Assembly (NCBI GenBank): GCA_965204725.1
Contig: OZ242005.1
Location: forward strand, 1,216,001-1,280,000
Length of the DNA: 64,000 nucleotides
Reading direction: 5' to 3'
Origin: Candidatus Latescibacterota bacterium
GTDB taxonomy: Bacteria > Latescibacterota > UBA2968 > UBA8231
Position numbers and translations under genes: made by a program. A model generated the notes under the pieces. The model saw only the letters and a program-made list of their open reading frames with translations, was not told the origin of the DNA and did no database searches. Positions within the stretch are counted from its first letter, which is position 1. Each line of letters starts with the position of its first letter. Below are positions 29,816 to 39,441 of the stretch, piece after piece.

Positions 29816-29912
29816 GGGACCTCCTTTATGGGTTAGATGGCTTGTTCAACATGACCCAAGGTGGGTTTTCAGACAGCCTCTTAAATATACTATGGTATTC
29901 ATCCGCTGATGT

Positions 29913-30022
29913 GTGCTTTTCCCGTTTAATCGCTGATGGCATCTCTTCATTTGTTCAATATAAACCAATGTATGCACCCTGTATTTTTTAGTAAATCCCA
30001 CCGGGGCCTTGTTTTTATGTTG
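29913..30022 (-). pseudogene. GIY-YIG nuclease (YhbQ/UPF0213-like) internal fragment, frameshifted
   Basis: QHKNKAPVGFTKKYRVHTLVYIEQ, then after a 1-nt shift EEMPSAIKREK; AT-rich. Confidence 0.75.
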
Positions 30023-30156
30023 CCCCACGCCTGTACCCTTTTCGCTACACACCCACGCCGCCGATCTCCCGTCCTCCCCCTATGAGCCGCCGCCATGGCA
30101 CGATTCTTGCCTATTGCACATACCACCCCTTCTCACCCGCAACCAAGGCAAGGCTC

Positions 30157-31056
30157 ATGGCCGAATTCGATTCCATCGCCAAACACCTCATCCACACCTA
30201 CCCCGCCGACTTCGCCCGATTCGCCCTCCAACAAGACGACGTCCAAGTCCTCGGCGTTGTCGATACCGAGCAGCCCACCGCCGAAACCCACCGCACCGAT
30301 AGCCTCATTCGCGTCCACGTCGGCGGCGAGGAGGTGCTGGTCCACCACGAGTTCCAAACCACCGACAGCAAACCGCCCATGCCGCGCCGCATGATCGGCT
30401 ATATCGGACGCGGCATTGAACAGCACAACCGGCCGATCTATTCCAACGTCATCTATTTGCGCCCAGACGCTGGCCGGAATGATCCGGGGCACTATGTCCA
30501 AGAGCGGCACGGCTATCGCGTATTGGTGCAATACAAGGTCATTCGGCTGATTGAGATCGACGGTCAACGCATCCTCGACGCCGGACCTTCCGGCTTGCTG
30601 CCGTTTGCGCCGCTGATGCAGCCGCCGGTGGGCGTCGATGCCGAGGGGTGGTTGCGCCAGTGCGTCAACCGGGCGCAACAGGTGCCGATGGACGAGAGAC
30701 GCAAGGCGAACTATCTGGCCGATCTTGCGATGTTGAGCGGGCTGGTGTATAACTTAGAGACGATAACGACCATCATCGAGGAGGAGACCATGTACGAGTC
30801 GTCGGTAGCGCAGTATTTCACGGAAAAGGGGATTAAGCAGGGCATTGAGCAGGGCATTGAGCAGGGCGGCCGAGAACGCACCATTGAAGCACTGCTTGAG
30901 GTGCTAGAGATTCGCTTTGGGTTGGCTGCGTCGGATCCGTTGGTCGCCCGCATTGAGGCCACCGACGATGTGCCGCGCCTCAAGCAGTTGCATCGGGCGG
31001 CCATACAGGTGCCCAGCCTTGACGCCTTTAGGCTCCTGTTAGACCAAGCCGAGTAG
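30157..31056 (+). CDS. Rpn/YhgA-like recombination-promoting nuclease (putative transposase) family protein
   Basis: FDSIAKHL, RTDSLI...HHEFQT, MPRRM, VIYL, LLPFAPL, GIKQGIEQGIEQG repeats. Confidence 0.8.
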   Translation: MAEFDSIAKHLIHTYPADFARFALQQDDVQVLGVVDTEQPTAETHRTDSLIRVHVGGEEVLVHHEFQTTDSKPPMPRRMIGYIGRGIEQHNRPIYSNVIYLRPDAGRNDPGHYVQERHGYRVLVQYKVIRLIEIDGQRILDAGPSGLLPFAPLMQPPVGVDAEGWLRQCVNRAQQVPMDERRKANYLADLAMLSGLVYNLETITTIIEEETMYESSVAQYFTEKGIKQGIEQGIEQGGRERTIEALLEVLEIRFGLAASDPLVARIEATDDVPRLKQLHRAAIQVPSLDAFRLLLDQAE

Positions 31057-31105
31057 GGCTTCGCGTAATATCACTAAGGGATATTCTGCATGGCGTTTTG
31101 GGTAT

Positions 31106-31191
31106 GAGATACTTCGCTTCGCTCAGTATGACAAGGTCTGGGGCACGAAGCCTCCGTCTGTGTGTCATGCTGAGCGCAGTCGAAGCATCTC
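31106..31191. repeat. inverted pair of REP-like palindromes
   Basis: GAGATACTTCGCTTCGCTCAGTATGACA (31106-31133) and TGTCATGCTGAGCGCAGTCGAAGCATCTC (31163-31191). Confidence 0.8.
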
Positions 31192-31276
31192 TCCATGCTT
31201 GCAAGTCATTTAGGACTGCTATAGCATTCCCAGCCGCAGCACTGCGGCTGATTGATGGCGTACCGGGCGTCCGGTA

Positions 31277-33717
31277 TCACCGGCTGGCCGAAAACTCTGC
31301 TTCCCAGAGGGTGCGGTTCCCGTCGGCAATCCACTGGCCGACCCGGATGCGATCGATGGCGTAGTCGGGGAGTTGGGCGATCGCGATGCACTGGTCGTCG
31401 AGTTGGAAGCCGCGCTGGTCAAAATGGAAGCCGAGGCTTTCAAAGCCGTGCCGCTGGCGGTCGGCCGGCAGTTCATTGGGGTCGGCCGGGGTGACGTGCA
31501 AAATGAACTTGGCCTGCACGTCGGCGGGGCCGCAGGGCTGTTTGCGGTAAATCAGCTTGCGTCCGGTGCGGTACATGTCCCAGCCGGCGCGAGCGATCTG
31601 CTCGTCAGCCTGTGCGATGAGTTGCTCTGCGTAGCGTTGTCTCTGGGCGGGGTGCCTTTCCGACTTGAACGATTCGGCCTTCATTTCCCAGAGCATGCGG
31701 TCGTTGCCGGCCATCCACCGGCCGATATAGAGGCGGCTGATGGGGTAGTCGGGGAGTTGGGCGGTCACCACACATTGGTCGTTGAGCCGGACGCCGCCGT
31801 GCCTGTAGAAATAGAAGTCGAGGTGGTCATAGCCATACTGCCTGCGGTCGGCTGACAGGTAGGCCGGTTCGTTAGGGCTGACTTGCAAGACGAAGTTTGT
31901 CTCCACGTCGTCGGGGGCACATGGCTGTTTGTGGTAGGTCAGCTTGCGTCCTGTGCGGTACACGTCCCAGCCGGCGCGACCCACCTGCTCGTCGGCTCGT
32001 TCTACGCCCCAAGTGCTGATCGGCCAAGTCGAATCGGCGTGGATCACCAACTCGCCAGCCCGTTCGATGAGTTGCTGCACGTAGCGTTGTTTCTGGGTGT
32101 GATGCTTGGCCTCATCGAACGGCTCGGCGGTCGTTACGCGGAATACCACGCCATCGGATAGCTCGGCCACGGGTTCCACCCCGGGCAGGACCCGGATGTC
32201 GAGTTCGTCGAGGTCGTAAGCAGGCTTCCATTTCCTGAACCATAAGACATGTCCGCCATCGCCTTCTGTCCACTCCATTATGGCCGACGTAAAATTGTGA
32301 ATAAGTGTCTCGGCTAGGAGAAGATGGTGCTCTGTCGGGGCCGCGGTCCGGCTCCAAAACCAAGCAAGGGAGGGTTTCTCACTGAAAATCTTGCCATTGA
32401 TGGGATTGTCCCGGATGTAATGCAGGATATCGGACTCTTCCCAAGAGCGGCTATTGATCATCCATGGTTTGTTCCCGGCTGTCCATACTTGGCGGGTAAT
32501 ATGGATATGTCTATCTACCGAGAAGCCGACGTGGGCGCAGGCCCCCAGCAAGACGAGGGACGTCAAAACGGAGCGGATGGCCCCCATCCGACCCGTCGCC
32601 TCAATGGACAGGAACCGATCGAGCAGCAACACTGCCGCCAACACCAGCGGCACATACACCGGCAGCAGGTAGCGGCTGTCGATGGCCTGACCAACCGCGA
32701 AGGGCACGACGACGATCATGAATACGAGGTAAGCTAGGGCGAACCCCCCGAAAGGGAGCATCGGCCCCAACCCTACGGATGGCGGCGTGACCGGGTCCGG
32801 CTTATGGCTGTTACTTCGCATTCGGGGGACGCCAAGGACGACCGCTGCGAGCCCAACCAACCCGACCACTAGCCACAGCAGATACGCGACCCCATCCGGC
32901 ACGTTGGGGGGGACGACCCACTCGCCGAACACCTCGACGATCTGGCTCAGTCCATCGGACAGGGACTGCCCCGACATTTCCTTCCGCCCGGTCAGAGACC
33001 CGGAGATCGCCCAATTATGAACCAGCACCCCGGCGAGGGGAACGGATGAAACGGTACCAAACGCGAGGGCGTCTTTCAACCGGGCGGCCAGCGGCGGGGT
33101 GCGCCGCACCAGCAGCAGCAGGACGCCGGTGCCGATCAGAGCCACGCCCGGATAGCGGGTCAGCGCGGCCAAGGCCGTGAGAACCGCCGCCCACCACAGG
33201 GATGTCCTCCCGCCGCGGTTGAGGAAAGACGCTAACTGGATCAAGGCGAGGAGCGTCAACAGGACGAAGAGCGGCTCGGTCAAGAAGCGCACCACGAAAT
33301 GGGTCAAGGGCAGGGAGGCCGCGATGATGGCGGTGGCGGCCAGCCCCAACAGCCGCGACCGGAGATGCGAGTGTAGATACAGGCCGGCCGCCCAGATGAT
33401 CCACCCAAAGGCGGCGGCGTGGACCCACCGACCTCCTTCCACTGGATCGATGCCGATCCCATCGAGCGCCGCCAGCAGCAGAGGGAACAAGGGCGGCCAT
33501 CCTGTCAGCGGCTTGCCCGAGTACTCCCGCCAGCCCTCGCCCGCAAGGAAGTTGCTAGCCGTAGAAAGGAAACAGACAGAGTCCCCTTCGATCACCGCGC
33601 CGTCGGTGGCGGTGCGGACGAGGATGTGGGCGGTGCCCAGCCCGGCGATAAAGACGATGAGCAGGGGGAAGGGGGTGCGCCACTTCTCCCCCCCCCCCCC
33701 CCCCCCCCCCCCCTCAT
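31277..33717 (-). CDS. ArnT/PMT-like (GT-C) membrane glycosyltransferase with two repeated C-terminal domains; 5' end frameshifted by a G26 tract
   Basis: GDSVCFLSTA, WPPLFPLLLA, LTEPLF, ALTRYPG, DSRYLLPVY; repeated GWD(V/M)YRTGRKL-Y-KQPC...QLPDY; ATG 33717 is 122 nt from the in-frame GTG 33595. Confidence 0.78.
33688..33713. repeat. C26 homopolymer (G26 on the coding strand)
   Basis: Counted directly; begins one base after the ATG. Confidence 0.92.
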
Positions 33718-33800
33718 AAATGAATAAAAAACAATCACTTACGTCTCTTTATTCTTAGTAGCCAAAAATTAGTGAACGTTTGGGAAGGAATTTTTAGGGT

Positions 33801-35135
33801 TCACGGCGCGAACCGATGGACTACCGGCAACTGGGCGACGTCGGTGATGCGCGCGTCCGGGCGGTGGTAGATGTTGACGCGCCCGGTGCCGCAGTCGCCG
33901 AAATCGTCGCAGGAGAGCGGGCCGATTAGGCCCTGAAAGCCGGCCGTTGCGCTTAGTTCTTGGCGTAGCGTGGCGCGGTCGATCAACAGCTTTTCGTCCG
34001 CGACCACGGCTACTGACTCGATGGCGTGCAAAAGCAGCGTGGTCGCGTCGTAGGCATGGGCCCAAAACGTCGAGGCGGGCGCCGCGCCGTAGGTGGCTTT
34101 GTATGCGGCGAGCACGTCGTCGGCACTCTTGCCGGTGACGCCATTGACGTTCGCGCCGTGATCGATCTCCGGCCCGGTGAAGTACATGCCCTCTGCGTAC
34201 GGCTGGCTGATAAACCCCGGCACCAGCAGGGATTCGCCCACGATGAGCGTGGCGTCTGCCAATCCCGCAAACGCCCGCACCTGCTGGGTAAAGGGCACTC
34301 CTTCTATCTCAAAGAGCGGGAAGAAGATGCCGTCTGGAGCGGCGGCGGCAATTTCTGCGAGGACCCCCGTCATGTCCGTGTCGCCTTTCTGGATCTGGAG
34401 GCCGACCGCGACTTGGCCGCCGAGGGCGCGGAACGCATCGCCAAACGCGCTGACGAGGGCTGTGGTGTACGGATCGCCGTCATTGACGGTCGCTACGCGC
34501 CGCAGCCCCAGTTCGCTATAAGCAAAGTCGGCGACGGCTTGCCCCTTGTAGAGATCGTTGCCCGAAACGCGGAAATACCCGGGGTGATAGTCGGGACCGG
34601 CGTTGCCAGCGAGGTCGGACGTGAGCCGCGGTGACGTGTTGGAGGGCGAGATCATGGCCAAGCCGGCCGCGCTGAACACTGGTGAAGCGGCGACGGCCGA
34701 GCCGGAGCAGGATGTGCCAATCACGCCGATTATCTGCGGGTCCGCGCTGATCTGCTCGGCGCGGGTGCGCCCCGCATCCGGCCCACACGCGCCGTCGGCC
34801 GGCTTGCCGAGTTCGATTGCGTACCCGCGAATGCCGCCGATGTCGCGCACGGCTAACTCAATGGCGTACCGCTGGGTCGTGCCGACCGATGGCGCGATGG
34901 TGTGCGCGAGCAACGAGCGGATCTGGACGGATTCGCCGGCGCGAACCTCGACCACGCCGAGCGGGTGGATACGCGACTCGGCGCGGCCAGCGGCGGGCGA
35001 GCGGGTCCAAGTCACGCTGCTGATTACGCGCTTGGCCGCGGCTGCGGTCGGCTGGTTCGAGGAAACTGGATCGCGGTCGGAACACGCGCCTAGGGCCAAG
35101 ACGCCAGTGAGAAGAAAAAACAGAGCGAATTTCAT
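33801..35135 (-). CDS. LivJ-like substrate-binding lipoprotein, copy 2
   Basis: Same length (444 aa) and colinear with 28481-29815. Confidence 0.88.
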   Translation of the reverse strand: MKFALFFLLTGVLALGACSDRDPVSSNQPTAAAAKRVISSVTWTRSPAAGRAESRIHPLGVVEVRAGESVQIRSLLAHTIAPSVGTTQRYAIELAVRDIGGIRGYAIELGKPADGACGPDAGRTRAEQISADPQIIGVIGTSCSGSAVAASPVFSAAGLAMISPSNTSPRLTSDLAGNAGPDYHPGYFRVSGNDLYKGQAVADFAYSELGLRRVATVNDGDPYTTALVSAFGDAFRALGGQVAVGLQIQKGDTDMTGVLAEIAAAAPDGIFFPLFEIEGVPFTQQVRAFAGLADATLIVGESLLVPGFISQPYAEGMYFTGPEIDHGANVNGVTGKSADDVLAAYKATYGAAPASTFWAHAYDATTLLLHAIESVAVVADEKLLIDRATLRQELSATAGFQGLIGPLSCDDFGDCGTGRVNIYHRPDARITDVAQLPVVHRFAP

Positions 35136-35186
35136 AGGACCTCCTTTGTAAGGTAGTAGGCTTGCGGCGCGGCCCGCGAGCTTCCG

Positions 35187-36539
35187 TCAATCATCGTGCG
35201 CTGGATGGATGCCCAAAAACTCGCGGGCCGGGTGGTGCGGCTCCGAGGGCGAGAGGGCATCGGGATCGTTGACTACTGCGGTAGCGGGCGGCACTATGGG
35301 GCGTCCGTGGGCGAGGGGATCATCGGTATTTTGCATCCATTGGTCGAGGCGCTGGCGCAGCTCGGCTAGACGATCTTGGCAGTTGGGGTCTGCGGCCAAG
35401 TTGTGGGTTTCGTGCGGGTTGAAGACCAAGTCGTAGAGTCGTTCGCGCTCTAGGGGGCGTTGCCGCCAGCCTTGGTCGATAAAATAGTCTTTGGTCGGGC
35501 TGTCGTCGCAGTTGGGCATGACGGGATATTGGCGTTGGTCGAAGCGGCGGATGTACTTGAAGCGCGGTGTGCGGATGCAGCGTTGGAATTCGCAGTAGGT
35601 GTGGTAGTTTACTTCGGCGAAAATTTCGCGGCGGATTGCCCGCGTCTGGCCAGTTATCAGGGGCAGCAGGGAGGTGCCCTGCACGTGATCGGGCGCGGGA
35701 ACCCCGGCTAGGGCGCAGACCGTTGGATAGATATCGACTTGGCTGACCAAGGCGTCGATGAGTTGGCCGCCACTGAAGTTGCCCGGGCCGCGCAGCACGA
35801 GCATGACGCCGAGGCCGTGGTCGGTGAGGTTGCACTTCATGGTGGGGAAGGCTAGGCCGTGGTCCGTGGTGCATATAACCAAGGTGTTGTCGGCCAAGCC
35901 GTTGTCGCGCAACGCGGCAAAGACTCGGCCCATTTTGGCGTCGAGGGTGCGAGCCGCGTCGATGTATGCGGCCATGTCGCGGCGAGTCTCGGGCGTATCG
36001 GGAAAGGGCGCGGGAGGCCGCACATAGCGCGGATCGGTGGGATCTTCGCCTTGGGGCGGGGGCGCGAAACCGCGTCCTTGGCGATGGGTTTCGCCAAAGC
36101 CCACGTCCAAATAGAAGGGCACTCGATGCTCTTCGGCCAAAAAGGCCGCGGCCCGCTCCTCGGTTTGGCTCGCGGGTGCTTCCTCGTTCAACAAGCGGGT
36201 GAATCCGCCGTCGGCGATGTCGGCGACCACGTGCTGGAAGCCGGCCAGGGCCGTGGTGTAGCCGGCCTTTTGTAGGGTATGGGTCAGGAGCCGCTCGGGA
36301 TGGGGCAACGTCCAGCCTCGATTGACCAAGCCGGTCATACCGCAGGAATGGGCCCACTGGCCGGTGAGCAAGCAGGCGCGGCTGGGCGAGCAGGTGGGGT
36401 TGGCGCAAAAGGCCTGGCGAAAGAGGACGCCTTCCTCGGCTAACTGCTGGATATGGGGCGTGGGTATGGCGTGGCCATAGGGTTGGACGTAGCGGCCAGT
36501 GTCGTGCGAGTGGATATAGACGATATTGGGTGCTGGCAT
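35187..36539 (-). CDS. formylglycine-dependent sulfatase (N-sulfoglucosamine sulfohydrolase-like)
   Basis: NIVYIHSHD, CSPSRACLLTG, TTDHG, LYDL. Confidence 0.92.
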   Translation of the reverse strand: MPAPNIVYIHSHDTGRYVQPYGHAIPTPHIQQLAEEGVLFRQAFCANPTCSPSRACLLTGQWAHSCGMTGLVNRGWTLPHPERLLTHTLQKAGYTTALAGFQHVVADIADGGFTRLLNEEAPASQTEERAAAFLAEEHRVPFYLDVGFGETHRQGRGFAPPPQGEDPTDPRYVRPPAPFPDTPETRRDMAAYIDAARTLDAKMGRVFAALRDNGLADNTLVICTTDHGLAFPTMKCNLTDHGLGVMLVLRGPGNFSGGQLIDALVSQVDIYPTVCALAGVPAPDHVQGTSLLPLITGQTRAIRREIFAEVNYHTYCEFQRCIRTPRFKYIRRFDQRQYPVMPNCDDSPTKDYFIDQGWRQRPLERERLYDLVFNPHETHNLAADPNCQDRLAELRQRLDQWMQNTDDPLAHGRPIVPPATAVVNDPDALSPSEPHHPAREFLGIHPAHDD

Positions 36540-36757
36540 GGAATCCTGTCTGGGCAAAAAGACTGCGCCCGCGGGCGAGCGGGTTCCTTTGTTTAGTGAG
36601 AATAAGATACGCCCGGTTCTGCAAAAAATCTATCCGCCAAGCCCGCCCTGAAAGCGCACTTGGTCGTCCCAATAGGATGCTAAACGCAGAGATTGACAGA
36701 CCAAAGCTGCCAAACGTAGCTTAGAGCCCAAACGAACCTCTGTCGAAAGGCAAAAAA

Positions 36758-37936
36758 ATGACTACCGATCAATCACCAGCGCAGGAGACGTACCGAGCCA
36801 CGTCCTTTGCCGACGCCAAGCCCGAACTCGCTGCTCCCGGGGCCACGCCCGAGCGATTGGCCCACTTGCAGGAGCATGGCTTTGTCATCATCACCGACTT
36901 TGTCGATAACCCGTGGATTCCCATTCTGCGCGAGGCGGGCCGCCGCGTCACCGAAGCCTGTGCGCCCGAGCACGGCTACAGCAAGCTCGACTGCTCAAAG
37001 GGCTATGTGCATCGGGCGGGCGGCGATGAGCCGTGGGCGATTCGGGGCCTCATCCATCCCGCTTTTGCGGAGCCTTGCTTTGCCGAGTTCCACGGCTCGG
37101 ACGATTTCCTAAACTTCGTCGCCTCTTGGTGCGATGGACTGGGCCCAGAGGATATGGTGATGAGCGGGATGCTACTGTGGTGCAATCCCCGGCGGCATGA
37201 GAATGGGCCTAGTTGGCACCGCGACGTGACGTGGTGGGGCACGGGCAAGCCCTATTTTTCGCAGCGAGACAACCGAGGGGAGTGCGTGGAGGATTATTCC
37301 GAGGAAGTCGAAAAAACTCGCTGGCAGGAAATCCGCGCCAACAACGCCCAGTCGATCGCTGAGCGGAACGGCGTGAGCATGTTTTTGGCGCTGGTTGACG
37401 ACGAGTGCCACGAGCTCATCCCCGGCAGCCACGATCGCTGGCGCACGCCGTTTGAGCACGACGTGCTCCTGCCGCAAGCGATGAAGGACCGAGGGGTGCC
37501 CCACACGCCGAGTTGGAACCGGGTGGACCCGTTGCCGGGCCAAGTGGCGATCCGGCTCAAGCCCGGGGAAGCCCTCATCCGCAATGGGGTCACGATCCAC
37601 ACCGGGCACACCGTCCCCGAGCGCGAGCGCAACACCTTGTCCATCGGCTGGTCGAAGTGGTCGGGTCCGTTCACTGGCGAGCCATCGGTAGCGGACGCGC
37701 GCAGTGCGTGGCAACTCGATCCCGCGGTGCGCACGGCCTTGCCGCACGAGTGGATGAAGACGGCTTGGGACCGTTGGGCCGCAACCCAAAAACTGGGGGA
37801 TACGCTAGAAGACCGCTACGCTGGGTTTGATATTCAACGGATCAAAGCAGGAGAAGTAGCGGGTTGGCGCAGCGAGTTGGAGCGCCAAGCGGCGGCAGCG
37901 GGCGAATCGTGGGAGCCGTTTCAAACGGTGGCGTGA
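36758..37936 (+). CDS. PhyH-like Fe/2OG dioxygenase
   Basis: LQEHGFVII, WHRD, LIPGSH, LKPGE...IHTG. Confidence 0.8.
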   Translation: MTTDQSPAQETYRATSFADAKPELAAPGATPERLAHLQEHGFVIITDFVDNPWIPILREAGRRVTEACAPEHGYSKLDCSKGYVHRAGGDEPWAIRGLIHPAFAEPCFAEFHGSDDFLNFVASWCDGLGPEDMVMSGMLLWCNPRRHENGPSWHRDVTWWGTGKPYFSQRDNRGECVEDYSEEVEKTRWQEIRANNAQSIAERNGVSMFLALVDDECHELIPGSHDRWRTPFEHDVLLPQAMKDRGVPHTPSWNRVDPLPGQVAIRLKPGEALIRNGVTIHTGHTVPERERNTLSIGWSKWSGPFTGEPSVADARSAWQLDPAVRTALPHEWMKTAWDRWAATQKLGDTLEDRYAGFDIQRIKAGEVAGWRSELERQAAAAGESWEPFQTVA

Positions 37937-37938
37937 GA

Positions 37939-39264
37939 ATGCACTTAAAAAGCATAACGCTAAAAAACTTTAGATGCTTTGATGAACTACGCCTTGAGCT
38001 GCATCCGCGCCTCACGGTTTTAGTCGCCGACAACGACGGGGGAAAGACCAGTGTCCTCGATGCAATAGCAGTGGGACTTTCCCCGGTGTTGCGCTACCTC
38101 TCTACGGCGGATCAACGGTTGTCTGGCCGGGGTATTGCCGATAGAGATTTACTGCTAGGTCGAAATAATAAACGTTGGATGGCTAGTGATTACACGCAGA
38201 TTTTCGTCGAAACAACGAAGAGCCTAACGTGGGATGTTTGTCGATCCTCTGTCCGAGGTAAACAACGAACCTCCAGAGTTGGGCAGAGCGAACTGAAGGA
38301 TTACTGCAATGCGGTACTCAATAGCCTAAAATCGGAAGACCGCGAGCCATTGCCTATTTTTGCCTATTACGGTGCTCGTCGTGGATGGATTAAAAGAAAA
38401 AATAGTGAGTCGAAGGTTAATTACACTCAGCCTACTTCAGCCTTAGTCGGGGCGTTGGAATCTCTCGGTGATTACACAGAGATGGTGAAATGGTTCTACC
38501 GTGAAGAAAATTCTGAACTGCGAAAGAATAAAGGCAGAACTCCTGAAAATTTCTCTGAATCTCCTGCACTTTCTGTGATCCGAGCGGCAATCAAGATGAT
38601 ACTGGGAAGCGATTACAAAGACCCTCATTTTAACAGCAAAAACCAGTTTGTAGTCAAAGTGAAAGATGGGCCACAAGAGCTACAAATTTCTCAATTGAGC
38701 CAAGGGTACCAGAGTATGTTTGCGTTGGCTATGGACTTTGCCCGCCGCTTAGCCATAGGCAACAGTCATAGGTTTTCTACTCAAGAACAACTGGGTGGAT
38801 TGGGATATACATCTGCCATTATGCTCGTGGATGAAATCGACCTGCACCTGCATCCCTCTTGGCAGCAACGCGTCCTCAGCGATTTAATGCAGACCTTTCC
38901 GAATACCCAATTTATTGTCACAACCCACAGCCCACAGGTACTTACTACAGTCAAAAGCGAGAGTATTCGCATTCTTACCAAAGACCGGGAAGGTAAGTGG
39001 ATGGCTAGCACCCCGGCGGAGCAAACTCGGGGCGTCGAAAGTGCCGACGCGCTTAGCGTTATGGGAGTAGATCCTGTGCCGCCCGTTGAGGAGGCCAAGC
39101 AGCTAGAGAACTACCGTGCTCTGATCGAAAATAGCGAACATAGAACCGCGGAAGGACAATCATTGAGAAATGCGATTGTACAACATTTTGGTGCAGACCA
39201 TCCGCTGATTAGAGATTGCGACAGGCTAATTCGTTTTCAGGAGTTCAAACGACGGCAAAGCTAA
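37939..39264 (+). CDS. ptuA: PtuA-like ABC ATPase (Septu / retron Ec78-type effector)
   Basis: LKNFRCF, Walker A ADNDGGKTS, LPIFAYYGARR, QLSQGY, MDFARR, LVDEIDLHLHPSWQQ, FPNTQFIVTTHSPQ; AT-rich. Confidence 0.85.
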   Translation: MHLKSITLKNFRCFDELRLELHPRLTVLVADNDGGKTSVLDAIAVGLSPVLRYLSTADQRLSGRGIADRDLLLGRNNKRWMASDYTQIFVETTKSLTWDVCRSSVRGKQRTSRVGQSELKDYCNAVLNSLKSEDREPLPIFAYYGARRGWIKRKNSESKVNYTQPTSALVGALESLGDYTEMVKWFYREENSELRKNKGRTPENFSESPALSVIRAAIKMILGSDYKDPHFNSKNQFVVKVKDGPQELQISQLSQGYQSMFALAMDFARRLAIGNSHRFSTQEQLGGLGYTSAIMLVDEIDLHLHPSWQQRVLSDLMQTFPNTQFIVTTHSPQVLTTVKSESIRILTKDREGKWMASTPAEQTRGVESADALSVMGVDPVPPVEEAKQLENYRALIENSEHRTAEGQSLRNAIVQHFGADHPLIRDCDRLIRFQEFKRRQS

Positions 39265-39267
39265 ATC

Positions 39268-39441
39268 ATGCACAAGTTAGACAGGTCTGCTGTAGCAGCA
39301 CCGACATGTCTTGCATCCTATAACTATCCGCAGAATACTTGGGAAGATGTGTCGTCGCCCGATAAACGTCAGATTCGGAACAGTCTCAAAAAAATGCAGG
39401 ATTATCGGTGCGCCTACTGTGAAGGCGCGATGCCATACTGA
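39268..39441 (+). pseudogene. ptuB: truncated PtuB-like HNH endonuclease (TIGR02646-like), 57 aa
   Basis: Not in the ORF track. Manual translation MHKLDRSAVAAPTCLASYNYPQNTWEDVSSPDKRQIRNSLKKMQDYRCAYCEGAMPY*; ends just after the first CxxC. Confidence 0.82.

Noticed and set aside
29863-29884. GAGGCTGTCTGAAAACC (minus strand) as an IS terminal inverted repeat
   Set aside because: It resembles IS ends, but there is no matching second end or transposase in the window.
30830-30866. 12-bp tandem repeats (GIEQ) in the Rpn gene
   Set aside because: A normal feature of Rpn/YhgA-like C-termini.
33177-33727. Plus-strand ORFs ending in poly-proline
   Set aside because: These come from reading the C26 tract on the non-coding strand.
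36540-37939. Retron RT or msr-msd upstream of ptuA
   Set aside because: The upstream ORF is a PhyH-like dioxygenase with no YADD motif, and only 2 nt separate it from ptuA.
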